From positions 13,015 through 63,840 of the forward strand of contig MGWD01000027.1 in assembly GCA_001800825.1 (NCBI GenBank): a DNA stretch of 50,826 nucleotides. Reading direction: 5' to 3'. Numbering within the stretch: the first letter of the stretch is position 1; every line of letters begins with the position of its first letter. The position numbers were made by a program, and so were the translations under genes. Below, in pieces: positions 6,935-16,952 of the stretch. Source of the DNA: Euryarchaeota archaeon RBG_19FT_COMBO_69_17 (GTDB lineage Archaea; Thermoplasmatota; Thermoplasmata; RBG-16-68-12). A model generated the notes under the pieces. It worked only from the letters and a program-made list of their open reading frames with translations. It was not told the origin of the DNA and ran no database searches.

Positions 6935-9900
6935 GGCCTCCCCTCCCTCGACGGCAGTTCGACTACTCGGGCACCCAGGCCGTCCGCTCCCTCCAGGAGG
7001 AGGGGGTGCGGGTCGTCCTCGTGAACAGCAACCCCGCGACGATCCAGACGGACCTCGGGACCGCGGACGTCACGTACGTGGAGCCCCTCACGGTCGAGTT
7101 CCTCGAGCGGGTCCTCGCGAAGGAGAGGCCCCAGGGCATCCTGAGCGGGATGGGCGGGCAGACCGCCCTCAACCTGTGCAGCGAGCTCGCGGAGCGCGGG
7201 GTCCTCGCGACGTACGGCGTCGAGCTGCTCGGCACGAAGCTCGAGGCGATCGCCGCGAGCGAGGACCGGGAGAAGTTCGCCTCCCTCATGCGGTCCATCG
7301 GGGAGCCCGTCCCGCGAAGCATGGCCGTGTCCGACGTCCCCGCGGCCCAGGCCTTCGCGGAGAAGGTCGGCTTCCCCGTCATCGTGCGGGCTGCGTACAC
7401 CCTGGGCGGCAGCGGGAGCGGGGTCGCCCGCGGGCACGAGGACCTCGAGCGGATCGCGGGTCTCGGCCTCGCGTACTCCCGGATCCACCAGGTCCTCGTC
7501 GAGGAGAGCGTCCTGGGGTGGAAGGAGTTCGAGTACGAGGTCATGCGGGACGGCGCGGACAACTGCATCACGATCTGCAACATGGAGAACATCGACCCCA
7601 TGGGCCTGCACACGGGGGAGTCGATCGTCGTGGCCCCCGCCCAGACCTTGAGCGACGGGGACCATCAGACCCTCCGGTCCGCGTCCCTCCGGATCATCCG
7701 CGCGCTCAAGATCGAGGGGGGATGCAACATCCAGTTCGCGGTCCACCCGACGACGGGGGAGTACCGCGTGATCGAGGTGAACCCTCGCGTCTCGCGGTCC
7801 TCCGCCCTCGCCTCGAAGGCCACGGGCTACCCGATCGCCCGGATCGCAGCGAAGATCGCGATCGGCCTCACCCTGAACGAGATCCCGAACGCGGTCACGG
7901 GGAAGACGAAGGCGTCCTTCGAGCCCACCCTCGACTACGTCGTCACGAAGATCCCTCGCTGGCCCTTCGACAAGTTCCCGACCGTGGACCCGCACCTCAG
8001 CACCTCGATGAAGAGCACGGGGGAGGTCATGGCGATCGGCCGGACGATCGAGGAGTCCCTCCTCAAGGCGGTCCGGTCCCTCGAGATCGGGAAGCTCGGC
8101 CTCGAGCCGGAGCCCTGGACGGACGACGCCCTGCGTGAGGAGCTCGGAGTCCCGACGGACAAGCGCCTCTTCGCGGTCGCGGAGGCCTTCCGCCGCGGAT
8201 GGCCCGTCGGGAAGGTCGCGGAGCTCAGCGCCTGGGACCCCTTCTTCCTCGAGAAGGTCCGGGCCATCGTGGCCATGGAGGCGCGCCTCCATGGGCGACG
8301 GTCCTCGCCCGCCCTCCTCGCGGAGGCGAAGCGGATGGGGTTCTCCGACGCGCGGATCGCGGCCCTCTCTGGAGGGACGGAGGCCTCCGTCCGCCGTCGC
8401 CGGCCGAGGGTCACGTACAAGATGGTCGACACGTGCGGGGGCGAGTTCGAGGCCCGGACGCCGTACTTCTACTCGACGTACGAGTCCGCGGGCGAGACCT
8501 CCCGGCTCCGAGGGCGCAAGGTCCTCATCGTCGGGGGCGGGCCCATCCGGATCGGCCAGGGCGTGGAGTTCGACAACTGCTGCGTCCACGGGATCCAGGC
8601 CCTCCGGGAGGCTGGCGTCACGGCGATCATCGCGAACAACAACCCGGAGACCGTGTCCACGGACTTCGACGTCTCGGACCGGCTCTACTTCGAGCCCCTC
8701 CAGCTGGAGGACATCCTCAACATCGTCGAGGAGGAGTCCCCGGACGGGATCATCCTCCAGTTCGGCGGGCAGACGTCCGTGAACCTCGCGGTCCCCCTCG
8801 CGAAGGCCCTGGCCCGCATGCGGGCCAGGACCCGGATCCTCGGCACCCCCCCGGCGTCCATCGACCTCGCGGAGGACCGTCGAAAGTTCGCGGCCCTCAT
8901 GCGCCGCCTCGGGATCCCCCAGCCCCGGGCCGCGTCGGGCTACGGCTTCTCGGAGGTGCGGGCCCTCGCGGGCCGGATCGGATATCCGGTCCTCGTCCGC
9001 CCGTCCTACGTCCTCGGAGGCCGCGGGATGGAGATCGTCCACTCCGAGGAGGAGCTCGAGCCGTTCATGGAGTCCGCGACCCGCGTCTCGCGGGACCATC
9101 CCGTCCTCGTGGACAAGTACCTCGACCACGCGACAGAGGTCGACGTGGACGTCGTCGCGGACGGCCGGGACATCTTCATCGGGGGGATCCAGGAACACGT
9201 CGAGGAGGCGGGGATCCACTCGGGGGACGCGACCCTCGTGATGCCGCCCACGACCCTCGGTCCCGACGTCCTCGGTCAGATCCGGACGATCACGCGCCGA
9301 GTCTGCAAGGCCCTGGGGATCGTCGGCCTCATGAATCTCCAGCTCGCCGTGAAGGACGGGAAGGTGTACGTCCTCGAGGCGAACCCGCGTGCGAGCCGGA
9401 CGGTCCCCTACGTGTCGAAGGCGATCGGCGTGCCCCTCGCGAAGGTCGCGACCCAGGTCATGCTCGGGTCGAGCCTGAGGCGCCTCGGGCTCGTTCGGGA
9501 GCCGCGCATCGACCACGTCGCCGTGAAGGCGTCCGTGTTCCCCTTCCAACGCCTCCCGGGTGTCGACGCGATCCTCGGGCCCGAGATGAAGAGCACGGGG
9601 GAGGTCATGGGGATCGACGGGACCCTCGGCCGGGCGTTCTACAAGGCGATGGTCGCCGCCGGGAACCCACTCCCCGTCGAGGGGGCCGTGTACATGACGG
9701 TCCGGGACGAGGACAAGCCCGCGGCGGCCGAGGTCGCCCGGCGGTTCGCCTCCTGCGGCCTCCGGATCTACGCGACCCGGGGCACGGCCCAGATCCTCCG
9801 GGAGCAGGGGGTCGACGCGAAGACGGTCTACCGGATCAGCGAGAACCAGTCCCCCGACGCGCTCGGGCTCATGCGCCGGGGCGAGATCCGGCTCGTCGTG

Positions 9901-10107
9901 AACACTCCGACGAGCTCCTCGGGCGCCCGACGGGACGGGTACATGATGCGGCGCCTCGCCGTGGACCTCGGGATCCCCTTCATCACGACGATCCAGGCGG
10001 CCCGCGCCGCGAGCCTCGCGATCGAGGAGGTCCGCCGAGGGGACCTCGGGGTGCGCTCCCTCCAGTCGTACGCCCGTTCGGCCCGGCGGTCGTCCGCAAG
10101 GCTTTAG
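6931..10107 (+). CDS. carB: carbamoyl-phosphate synthase large subunit (frame 1; the conserved sequence resumes at DYSGTQA, nt 6961)
   Basis: 1058-aa ORF containing both ATP-grasp halves and the MGS-like tail. The listed first 10 aa ([10 protein letters not shown]) are encoded by the 32-nt insert. Homology to CarB begins at [31 protein letters not shown]. Confidence 0.95.
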   Translation: MRPPLPRRQFDYSGTQAVRSLQEEGVRVVLVNSNPATIQTDLGTADVTYVEPLTVEFLERVLAKERPQGILSGMGGQTALNLCSELAERGVLATYGVELLGTKLEAIAASEDREKFASLMRSIGEPVPRSMAVSDVPAAQAFAEKVGFPVIVRAAYTLGGSGSGVARGHEDLERIAGLGLAYSRIHQVLVEESVLGWKEFEYEVMRDGADNCITICNMENIDPMGLHTGESIVVAPAQTLSDGDHQTLRSASLRIIRALKIEGGCNIQFAVHPTTGEYRVIEVNPRVSRSSALASKATGYPIARIAAKIAIGLTLNEIPNAVTGKTKASFEPTLDYVVTKIPRWPFDKFPTVDPHLSTSMKSTGEVMAIGRTIEESLLKAVRSLEIGKLGLEPEPWTDDALREELGVPTDKRLFAVAEAFRRGWPVGKVAELSAWDPFFLEKVRAIVAMEARLHGRRSSPALLAEAKRMGFSDARIAALSGGTEASVRRRRPRVTYKMVDTCGGEFEARTPYFYSTYESAGETSRLRGRKVLIVGGGPIRIGQGVEFDNCCVHGIQALREAGVTAIIANNNPETVSTDFDVSDRLYFEPLQLEDILNIVEEESPDGIILQFGGQTSVNLAVPLAKALARMRARTRILGTPPASIDLAEDRRKFAALMRRLGIPQPRAASGYGFSEVRALAGRIGYPVLVRPSYVLGGRGMEIVHSEEELEPFMESATRVSRDHPVLVDKYLDHATEVDVDVVADGRDIFIGGIQEHVEEAGIHSGDATLVMPPTTLGPDVLGQIRTITRRVCKALGIVGLMNLQLAVKDGKVYVLEANPRASRTVPYVSKAIGVPLAKVATQVMLGSSLRRLGLVREPRIDHVAVKASVFPFQRLPGVDAILGPEMKSTGEVMGIDGTLGRAFYKAMVAAGNPLPVEGAVYMTVRDEDKPAAAEVARRFASCGLRIYATRGTAQILREQGVDAKTVYRISENQSPDALGLMRRGEIRLVVNTPTSSSGARRDGYMMRRLAVDLGIPFITTIQAARAASLAIEEVRRGDLGVRSLQSYARSARRSSARL

Positions 10108-10130
10108 CCCGGCGGGGGGATGGTCGGCCC

Positions 10131-10553
10131 ATGCGCGCGGCGTGGCTGGTGGGCCCGGCCTTCTTCGTCGCAGGCCTTGCGCTCCTCGCCTTCGCCCTCG
10201 TCCGCGGGGAGGCGACCCTTTCCCTCGTCCTCGTGGTCCCCGTCGTCAGCGCGACGGGCGTCCTGGGCGGCGCGGGGATCCTTCTCATGGTCCTCGCCTT
10301 CCTCCTGACGTTCCTCCTCTGGCCCTTCAAGTCCGCGCGGCTCGAGTCGGCCTCGCCGGTCCCGCCCCCGGCGCCCCCGTCCTCGGAGGAGCTCCCGGCG
10401 GGCGGTCGTCGGTGGGGCGGCGTCGTCTTCCTCGGGCCGATCCCCGTCGTGTTCGGCTCCGACGTCCGCGTGACCCGTGCGATGCTCGTCGTCGCCGTCG
10501 TCTCGTTCCTGGCCCTCGTCGTCCTTACAGTCCTTTCTCTACTGGCCATCTGA
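10131..10553 (+). CDS. small integral membrane protein (DUF131/TIGR00304-like)
   Basis: 140 aa from the ATG at 10131 (the tail of junk ORF 8199..10553). It has three or four hydrophobic helices and a GGVVFLGPIPVVFGS motif that I recall from the archaeal DUF131 family. Confidence 0.6.
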   Translation: MRAAWLVGPAFFVAGLALLAFALVRGEATLSLVLVVPVVSATGVLGGAGILLMVLAFLLTFLLWPFKSARLESASPVPPPAPPSSEELPAGGRRWGGVVFLGPIPVVFGSDVRVTRAMLVVAVVSFLALVVLTVLSLLAI

Positions 10554-10562
10554 CTTTTTATG
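10554..10562 (+). promoter_or_regulatory. TATA-like box
   Basis: CTTTTTATG, centred about 33 nt upstream of the ATG at 10591. The T-run could also terminate the preceding gene. Confidence 0.4.
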
Positions 10563-10590
10563 TCCGGGCCGCCATCCGCGCCGGGATCCC

Positions 10591-11535
10591 ATGAAGGTCC
10601 TCATCACGGACGGCCTCGAGGCGGAGGCCGTCGCCGCCCTCCGGGCGGCCCACGTCGTCGACGTCGCGGACCTCGATGCGAAGCAGCTCCTCGAGGCGAT
10701 CTCCCGATACGAGGCCCTCATCGTCCGGAGCCGGACGAAGGTCACGAAGGAGGTCCTGGGCCGGGCCGGAGCCCTGAAGGTCGTCGGCCGGTCCGGCGTG
10801 GGCGTGGACAATATCGACGTGAAGGAGGCGACGGCCCGGAAGGTCCTCGTCGTGAACGCGCCGACCGCGAGCAGCGTGAGCGTCGCGGAGCTTGCGATCG
10901 GCCACATGCTGAACCTCTACCGGCATCTCGCGGAGGCGGACCGCTCGATGAAGGAGGGGAAGTGGGAGAAGAAGCGGTTCGAGGGCCGTGAGCTCGCCGG
11001 GAAGACTCTCGGGCTCGTCGGCTCGGGCCGGATTGGTGCGGAGGTCGCACGCCGAGCGATCGCGTTCGGCATGCGCGTGATTTCGTACGACCCCTACCTG
11101 CCTCCGGAGGCGGCCGCGAAGGCGGGGTTCGCCCTCGTCGAGAAGGAGCGGCTCCTCCAGGAGGCCGACGTCGTGAGCGTCCACGCGGCCCTGACCCCCG
11201 AGACGATAGGCCTCCTGGGCCCCCGGGAGCTCTCCCTCATGAAGCGGACCGCGGTCCTCGTGAACTGCGCGCGGGGGGAGATCGTCCAGGAGGGGGCCCT
11301 CGCGGAGGCCCTCCGGGCCGGGGCCATCGCGGGAGCCGCCCTCGACGTATACGAGAAGGAGCCCCCCGCGGGGAGTCCCATCCTTACGGCCCCGAACGCC
11401 GTCCTCACGCCGCACCTCGGGGCCTCGACCCACGAGGCCCAGGCCCGCGCGGGTGCGATCATCGCGGACCAGGTCCTGAAGGCCCTCGCCGGGGCGCGTC
11501 CCGAGTTCCTCGTGAACCCGGACGCCTACGGATGA
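10591..11535 (+). CDS. D-isomer-specific 2-hydroxyacid dehydrogenase, phosphoglycerate-dehydrogenase-like (no ACT domain)
   Basis: Starts at MKVLITDGL. It has the NAD-binding GLVGSGRIGAEVARRA motif and the catalytic region NCARGEIV...HLGAST. Confidence 0.85.
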   Translation: MKVLITDGLEAEAVAALRAAHVVDVADLDAKQLLEAISRYEALIVRSRTKVTKEVLGRAGALKVVGRSGVGVDNIDVKEATARKVLVVNAPTASSVSVAELAIGHMLNLYRHLAEADRSMKEGKWEKKRFEGRELAGKTLGLVGSGRIGAEVARRAIAFGMRVISYDPYLPPEAAAKAGFALVEKERLLQEADVVSVHAALTPETIGLLGPRELSLMKRTAVLVNCARGEIVQEGALAEALRAGAIAGAALDVYEKEPPAGSPILTAPNAVLTPHLGASTHEAQARAGAIIADQVLKALAGARPEFLVNPDAYG

Positions 11536-11738
11536 GCCGCGAGAATCCGGGCGGCCTCTCGGAGTCCTGTCTTCCGGGTCCGAGCGAGCTCCCGCACGAG
11601 CCCGATTAGGTCCACGTAGTCCTCGTAATCCCCGCCATGCCGGCGGACCGCGCGGCCTAGGGACCGCTCGAGACCCTCCTCGTGCCGGGAGGCGAGCGCG
11701 TCCTCGAGGACGCGGCTCCGGGGCGCGTCGAGGGCCAC
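11526..11738 (-). CDS. hypothetical small helical protein
   Basis: 70-aa ORF lying 48 nt downstream of guaAA on the same strand. I recognise no motif. Confidence 0.25.
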   Translation of the reverse strand: MALDAPRSRVLEDALASRHEEGLERSLGRAVRRHGGDYEDYVDLIGLVRELARTRKTGLREAARILAAHP

Positions 11739-11786
11739 GGCACCGGGGAACGGGCGCGATGGAATTAGCCCTTTCGCCGGGGCAGG

Positions 11787-12359
11787 TCAGCGGCCGTCCT
11801 CGCACACGCGGACGAAGTTCCGGAAGATCTCCTTCCCGAACTGGGTGTCCTCGACCTCGGGATGGAACTGGAGGCCGAAGAGGGGCCGCTCGAGGGACCG
11901 CATGGCCTGGACGTCGCAGTTCGGGGAGCTCGCGAGGGGGACGAACCCCGCGGGGACCGCGGCGACCTCGTCGTTGTGGGACTCCCACACCTCGAACGTC
12001 CGCGGGAGGCCGTCGAAGAGGACGTCGGGGTCCCGGACCGTGAGGACCGCCTTCCCGAACTCGGGCACCTTCGCGGGGGCTGCCCGGCCGCCGAAGTGGC
12101 TCGCCATGAACTGGTGGCCCGCGCAGATCCCCAGGATCGGGACGTCGAGGGCATCGAGGTACTCCCCGTTCCGCCCCATCTTGCCGGGGTCCACGCCGAC
12201 GCGCGGGGCGCCGCCCGAGAGGACGAGCCCGTCGAGGTCGCTCAGGGCCGCCGCGGGCGTGTCGTTCGGGACGATCTTCGTCTCCACGCCGAGGTACTTC
12301 AGGACCCTCCATTCCCGGTGGGTCCACTGCCCGCCGTTATCGACGACGTAGACTCGCAC
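11787..12359 (-). CDS. guaAA: GMP synthase (glutamine-hydrolysing) subunit A, GATase
   Basis: The start is placed at the GTG at 12359 (VRVYVVDNGGQWTHREW). It has the catalytic context LGICAGHQ and LQFHPEV. Confidence 0.9.
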   Translation of the reverse strand: MRVYVVDNGGQWTHREWRVLKYLGVETKIVPNDTPAAALSDLDGLVLSGGAPRVGVDPGKMGRNGEYLDALDVPILGICAGHQFMASHFGGRAAPAKVPEFGKAVLTVRDPDVLFDGLPRTFEVWESHNDEVAAVPAGFVPLASSPNCDVQAMRSLERPLFGLQFHPEVEDTQFGKEIFRNFVRVCEDGR

Positions 12360-12382
12360 GGTCAGACCAAATGAACGAATCG

Positions 12383-12390
12383 AATAAAGT
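12383..12390 (-). promoter_or_regulatory. TATA-like box for guaAA
   Basis: The minus strand reads ACTTTATT, centred about 28 nt upstream of the GTG at 12359, in an AT-rich divergent intergenic region. Confidence 0.4.
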
Positions 12391-12469
12391 CTTCGGTATC
12401 CGGGGGTGAGGACCCTTCCGCGGGTCCAAGTATGCTCACTTCCATCCATCGGAACCGGAGGGACGGTGG

Positions 12470-13246
12470 ATGCACCGGAACGAGGGCTCGACCCTCCTCG
12501 GACTCGGCTGGCTCGAGTGGGCCCTCGGGCTGGACGCCGCCCTCATGGGGATCGCGTTCGTCTCCTCCGTCGCGATCGTCCCCGCGTTCTTCCATGCCCT
12601 CGCCGCGGGCCACGACCCGGCCGCGATGGGGATCCCCATCGCAGGCCAGGCCGCCTTCCTCACGGCTTCCCTCCTGCTCGGCCTCGGGATCCTCGTCCTT
12701 GCGGCCGCCGGAGTCTTGTCCGTGCGCTCAGGCGCCGCCGACGACGGGCCGCGGCACGCCCGTTTCGCCCCGTTCGCCGTGCCCTTCTTCCTCCTCGCCC
12801 TCGGGGCCTTCGCCTCGCACCTGATCCTGCCGCGGGAGGCGACGATGATCATGGGAGCGCCTGACGAGATGCTCCCCGTGCCCGCCTGGGCCGTCCTTCT
12901 CCGGATCGCGCTCTGCGGCCTCGTGGCCCTCTTCAGCGGCCTGACGATCTACGCGAGTGCGGCGGGCCTCGCAACGGGCCGCGTCCTCACGCGGCTGCGG
13001 ATCGGCACGGGCCTCGGCGTCCTGTCCGCCGTCGCGGGCGCCGTATTCGGCGTGGCCGCGTTCGGGGAGACGAGCGTGGACGCCTACGTGACCGTGCTCA
13101 AGGCCCACTCCATCGCGGGCGAAGGGATCGCCATCCTCTCCCTTGCGGTGTTCATCCTCGCGATTCGGGAGCTCCGGGAGGACCTGGCCTCCCGCGTCCC
13201 TGCGGACACGCCCGCGGGGACGTCGGCCGCCGCGGCCGTCCCGTGA
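12470..13246 (+). CDS. hypothetical multi-pass membrane protein
   Basis: 258-aa ORF with about 7 hydrophobic helices and GC3-rich codon usage. No family recognised. Confidence 0.5.
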   Translation: MHRNEGSTLLGLGWLEWALGLDAALMGIAFVSSVAIVPAFFHALAAGHDPAAMGIPIAGQAAFLTASLLLGLGILVLAAAGVLSVRSGAADDGPRHARFAPFAVPFFLLALGAFASHLILPREATMIMGAPDEMLPVPAWAVLLRIALCGLVALFSGLTIYASAAGLATGRVLTRLRIGTGLGVLSAVAGAVFGVAAFGETSVDAYVTVLKAHSIAGEGIAILSLAVFILAIRELREDLASRVPADTPAGTSAAAAVP

Positions 13247-14194
13247 CTACTCCCACTCGATCGTCGCGGGCGGCTTGTTCGAGACGTCGTACACGACGCG
13301 GTTCACGCCTCGGACCTCGTTCGTGATCCGCACGGAGATCCGGTCGAGGACCTCGTGGGGGATCCTCGAGTACGTCCCCGACATCCCGTCGACGGACTCG
13401 ATCGAGCGCACGGCGACCGTGTGCCCGTACACGCGGACGTCCCCGTGGACCCCCACGCTTTGGACGGGCAGGAGGACGGCGAAGTACTGCCACGGGAGCT
13501 TCATGCTCCCCGCCCGTGCGGCTGCCTCGATTTCCTCCTCCACGATCGCGCATGCGTCCCGCACGACGGCCACTCGCTCGGGCATGACCTCCCCGAGGAC
13601 CCGGACCGCGAGGGCCGGCCCCGGGAACGGTTGCCGCTCCGCGACCCGCACCCCGAGGGCCCGCGCGACTTGGCGGACCTCGTCCTTATAGAGGTCCCGG
13701 AGGGGCTCCACGAGCTTCAGCTTCATGACCGCAGGGAGGCCCGCGACGTTGTGGTGGCTCTTGATCCGATCCCGGAGCTGGCCTCCGCTCTCGATCCAGT
13801 CGGGGGCGATCGTCCCCTGGACGAGGGTGTCCGCGCCGAAAGACGCGGCCTCCCGCTCGAACAGCTCGATGAACTTGTTCCCGATGATGTGCCGCTTCTT
13901 CTCGGGGTCCGTGACCCCCGAGAGGGCGCGGAAGTACTCCTCCGCGGCGTCGACGATCCGGTGGTTCACGCCCAAGCCGCGGAGGGTCTCCTCGACGTCC
14001 CCCGTCTCCCCCTTGCGCATGAGGCCCGTGTCGACGTACACGGCGAGGAGCCGGTCGCCGAGGGCGCGGCTCGCGAGGACCGTGGCCGTCGTGCTGTCGA
14101 CCCCGCCCGAGCAGGCGATGATCGCCCTGCCCTGCACGGCCGCGCGGAGGGCCTCGACCTGCTCCTCCACGAAGGCCCTCGCGTCGAACATCAC
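13247..14194 (-). CDS. guaAB: GMP synthase subunit B (ATP pyrophosphatase)
   Basis: It has the PP-loop ACSGGVDS and the C-terminal KPPATIEWE. The start is either GTG 14194 or ATG 14191, overlapping the purE stop. Confidence 0.95.
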   Translation of the reverse strand: MMFDARAFVEEQVEALRAAVQGRAIIACSGGVDSTTATVLASRALGDRLLAVYVDTGLMRKGETGDVEETLRGLGVNHRIVDAAEEYFRALSGVTDPEKKRHIIGNKFIELFEREAASFGADTLVQGTIAPDWIESGGQLRDRIKSHHNVAGLPAVMKLKLVEPLRDLYKDEVRQVARALGVRVAERQPFPGPALAVRVLGEVMPERVAVVRDACAIVEEEIEAAARAGSMKLPWQYFAVLLPVQSVGVHGDVRVYGHTVAVRSIESVDGMSGTYSRIPHEVLDRISVRITNEVRGVNRVVYDVSNKPPATIEWE

Positions 14195-14673
14195 TCACCC
14201 AAGGTCCGGGAGTCCTCGAGGACCCACTTCTTCATCGCCTCCCGGTGCTCCTTGAGCTTCTCCTGGAGGCGCTCCTCCTTGAGCGCGAGCATCTCCACGG
14301 CGAGGATCGCCGCGTTCTCCCCGCGGTCCAGCCCGACCGCGGCGACGGGAACCCCGGGGGGCATCTGGGACACGCTCAGGATCGCGTCGAGGTTCACCTT
14401 GCCGCTGACGGGGACGCCGATCACGGGCTTCGTCGTGTGGGCCGCGATCGTCCCCGGGAGGGCCGCGGACAGCCCGGCGATCGCGATGAACACCTTCGCG
14501 GTCGTGTTCCGGATGAGGTCCCGGAGGAGGTCCGGCGTCCGGTGCGCGGACGCCACGACGATCTCGTGCTCCACGCCGAACTCCTGGAGGATGGAGGCCG
14601 CCTTCTTCCCCACCTCCGCGTCGCTCTTGCTCCCCAGGACGATGAGCACTTCAGGCGGCATCGAATGGGACAA
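14191..14673 (-). CDS. purE: N5-carboxyaminoimidazole ribonucleotide mutase / AIR carboxylase
   Basis: It has LGSKSD, SAHRTP and the GVPV motifs. The TATA position favours the alternative start MPPEV (14661). Confidence 0.9.
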   Translation of the reverse strand: MSHSMPPEVLIVLGSKSDAEVGKKAASILQEFGVEHEIVVASAHRTPDLLRDLIRNTTAKVFIAIAGLSAALPGTIAAHTTKPVIGVPVSGKVNLDAILSVSQMPPGVPVAAVGLDRGENAAILAVEMLALKEERLQEKLKEHREAMKKWVLEDSRTLGE

Positions 14674-14684
14674 GGGGGGGCGGG

Positions 14685-14692
14685 AGATAAAG
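14685..14692 (-). promoter_or_regulatory. TATA-like box for purE
   Basis: The minus strand reads CTTTATCT. It lies about 27 nt upstream of ATG 14661 and about 15 nt upstream of ATG 14673. Confidence 0.35.
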
Positions 14693-14740
14693 GCTTCCCG
14701 CCGGCCGAGGGCCCACCGCGCGGATTCGAGTGGCGAGGGC

Positions 14741-15058
14741 TCAGCTCTTCATGATCGCGAGGAGGAAGAGCCCGATGGCCACGGCCGCCCCGATCGCTGC
14801 CGCGAGGATCACGCCGATCGACTCGATGATCACTTGCGACAGGTCCACGCTGTTACTGATGAACGTGTATGGGCCGACGCCGAGGGCCCACACGATCCCC
14901 ACCGCGAGTCCGCCCACAAGCAGGCCGGCCCCAATCTTCCGGCTCTTTCCGCTCCCGAAGTACGCCGTGAAGGCGCCCGTGATTACGAGGAACAGGCTGA
15001 AGGTCAACAGGAGGATCGTGACGAACGTCCAGAGCTCGAAGGCACCCATCCACGCCAT
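14741..15058 (-). CDS. small membrane protein (3 TM), hypothetical
   Basis: 105 aa with three clear hydrophobic helices. It sits between the RAM-domain gene and purE on the same strand. Confidence 0.5.
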   Translation of the reverse strand: MAWMGAFELWTFVTILLLTFSLFLVITGAFTAYFGSGKSRKIGAGLLVGGLAVGIVWALGVGPYTFISNSVDLSQVIIESIGVILAAAIGAAVAIGLFLLAIMKS

Positions 15059-15069
15059 GACATATCTCC

Positions 15070-15303
15070 TCAGAACTTGATACCCGTGAGGGTCTTCGTG
15101 TCGATCACGCCGGGGATGGACCGGATCTTGTCCACGACGACCTGGCCGAGGATGTTGAAGTCCTCCGCCTCGATCTTCGCGATTAGGTCGTACTCACCGA
15201 AGAGCGGGTGAAGCTCCACGATCTCCTTCACCTTGAGGAGCTCGTTGTACACCTCGTGCTCCTTCGCCGGGGCGGTGCTGATGAGCACGAACCCGATAGC
15301 CAT
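15070..15303 (-). CDS. stand-alone Lrp/AsnC ligand-binding (RAM) domain protein
   Basis: 77 aa (MAIGFVLISTAPAKEHEVYNELLKVKEIVELHPLFGEYDLIAKIEAEDFNILGQ), which matches the AsnC_trans_reg fold pattern. There is no HTH. Confidence 0.8.
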   Translation of the reverse strand: MAIGFVLISTAPAKEHEVYNELLKVKEIVELHPLFGEYDLIAKIEAEDFNILGQVVVDKIRSIPGVIDTKTLTGIKF

Positions 15304-15335
15304 CCCTGGTCACCGCGCCGAGAACCTACTGTCAT

Positions 15336-15343
15336 GATATAAC
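15336..15343 (-). promoter_or_regulatory. TATA-like box
   Basis: The minus strand reads AAAGGGTTATATCA. The TATA centre is about 36 nt upstream of the ATG at 15303. Confidence 0.4.
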
Positions 15344-15378
15344 CCTTTCGTACCGTCCCTCCCCTGGAGAGGGCTGCA

Positions 15379-16296
15379 TCAGAAGGTGGCGTGTCGGCGC
15401 GCTCGCGCAACGACCCGATCCCACGTCGGCAGGTTCGTCTGGGTCCCCTTCGTCTCGACGACGAAGCTCGCGACCGCAGAGCCGAGGATCCCGCAGCGAC
15501 GGAGGTCGAGGCCGCGGGCGAGCCCCGCGTAGAACCCCGCTCGGTACGCGTCCCCCGCGCCCGTGACGTCGACGACGCGCCCCGGCCGGACTCGAGGGAC
15601 GCGGACCTTGCCCTCGCGGGTGAAGATCACGCTCCCCCGCGACCCGAGCGTCGCGACGACCACCTCCGCATGCCGCAGGAGGCCCGCCGTTGACGTCGTC
15701 CCCGCGAACCGCTTCGCCCGTGCGATCTCCGCCTCGTTTCCGAAGAAGTACGTCGACCGGCGGAGGAGGCTGAGAAACAGGCTCCTCCGGTAGACGTAGT
15801 GGATCTCCTGGGAGGGGTCGAAGGCGATGGACCGGCCGAGATCCTCCGCGAGGTCCGCGACCCTCACATAGTACTCGGGCCGGCCCGTCCCGAGGTGGAC
15901 GAGCTCCACGTCCCGGACGCTGTGCCGAAGGACGGGCCGACGGGCCGTATCCTTCATGGGCCCTTGGTCCACGATCGCCATCTGGTTCCCCCGGCGGTCC
16001 GAGAACACCCAGGCCGTGGGGGTCGAGCGTCCTCGGACGACCCGGAGGTCCCGGAGGTCTACGCCGTCCTCGCGGAACGCGTCGCGGTAATCTTCGGGGA
16101 AGTCCGGGCCGACGAAGGACGCGAGGGAGGTGCGGACGCCGAGGCGCGCCGCCGCGCGGGCGAGGTTACCCGCCGTCCCCCCGAAGTACCGCCGCCGGTC
16201 GAGGATCTGGATCGACGTGTTCGGGTCGGGGAGCCGGGGGACCGTGACGATGTAGTCGAGGACGACATGCCCGAAGGCGCCGAGGAAGTTCTTCAC
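15379..16296 (-). CDS. PfkB-family carbohydrate/nucleoside kinase
   Basis: The start is placed at the GTG at 16296 (VKNFLGAFGHVVLDY), overlapping the upstream stop as GTGA. It has the PfkB signature DVTGAGDAYRAGF. The N-terminal 100 aa of the listed ORF are junk. Confidence 0.85.
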   Translation of the reverse strand: MKNFLGAFGHVVLDYIVTVPRLPDPNTSIQILDRRRYFGGTAGNLARAAARLGVRTSLASFVGPDFPEDYRDAFREDGVDLRDLRVVRGRSTPTAWVFSDRRGNQMAIVDQGPMKDTARRPVLRHSVRDVELVHLGTGRPEYYVRVADLAEDLGRSIAFDPSQEIHYVYRRSLFLSLLRRSTYFFGNEAEIARAKRFAGTTSTAGLLRHAEVVVATLGSRGSVIFTREGKVRVPRVRPGRVVDVTGAGDAYRAGFYAGLARGLDLRRCGILGSAVASFVVETKGTQTNLPTWDRVVARARRHATF

Positions 16297-16931
16297 TGCC
16301 ACGCCGCGAGCCTCCGCTGGACGTCCGAGAACCTCTCGAACGGGATGAACTCGATGGCCTCCTCCCGGCACAGGTCCGCGAGCTCCGCCTTCGCGAAGAC
16401 GAGGTCTGCCTCGATCGCGGGGCAGAGGTCCGAGTGGCCGTCTCCCACATAGGCAATCCGGTATCCCTGGGCCCGGAGCTGGAACAGCCGCAGGAGCTTG
16501 CACGTGCCGCAGAGGTTGCACGTCGGGTCCGACCAAGGGTACGAGATCGTCACGCGGCCGCCGTCGAATGCGGTCTGGTTCGTCCGGACGGGGAGGTCGA
16601 CCCCCCACTTCCTCAGGAGGAACCGGAGGTAGAAGTCGAGCCCCTCACTCACGATCTCCAGGAGGATGCCCTCCCGCGCGCAGAAGTCCCGGAACTCGAG
16701 GAAGGTCCCGTCCATCTCCGCGTGCGCGTCGACGAACGCGAGGAGGTCCTCTTCCCGCGCCCGGAGGAGCGCGAACTGCCGGGCCATCGCCTCCCGCGTC
16801 CCGATCGTCCGCGCGCGGTGCAACTCCTCGATCTCGAGCCACTCGCGTGGAGCGAACTCTTCAAGCAGAATCTCCGCGACGTCCCGTCGAGTGATCGTCC
16901 CGTCAAAGTCCGACAGGACCGCACGCTTCAT
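16293..16931 (-). CDS. HAD-IB phosphatase, MtnX-like
   Basis: HAD motif I is LSDFDGTIT and motif IV is YVGDGHSD. The cap carries CNLCGTCK, as in MtnX-type enzymes. Confidence 0.8.
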   Translation of the reverse strand: MKRAVLSDFDGTITRRDVAEILLEEFAPREWLEIEELHRARTIGTREAMARQFALLRAREEDLLAFVDAHAEMDGTFLEFRDFCAREGILLEIVSEGLDFYLRFLLRKWGVDLPVRTNQTAFDGGRVTISYPWSDPTCNLCGTCKLLRLFQLRAQGYRIAYVGDGHSDLCPAIEADLVFAKAELADLCREEAIEFIPFERFSDVQRRLAAWQ

Positions 16932-16952
16932 GGGACGTCCCCGGGCCGACGG

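Noticed and set aside
6929-6960. The idea that the 32-nt carB insert is a mobile element or an intein remnant.
   Set aside because: It is far too short to encode anything. It has no terminal inverted repeats beyond a 4-nt TTCG duplication. Its length is not a multiple of three, which excludes an intein.
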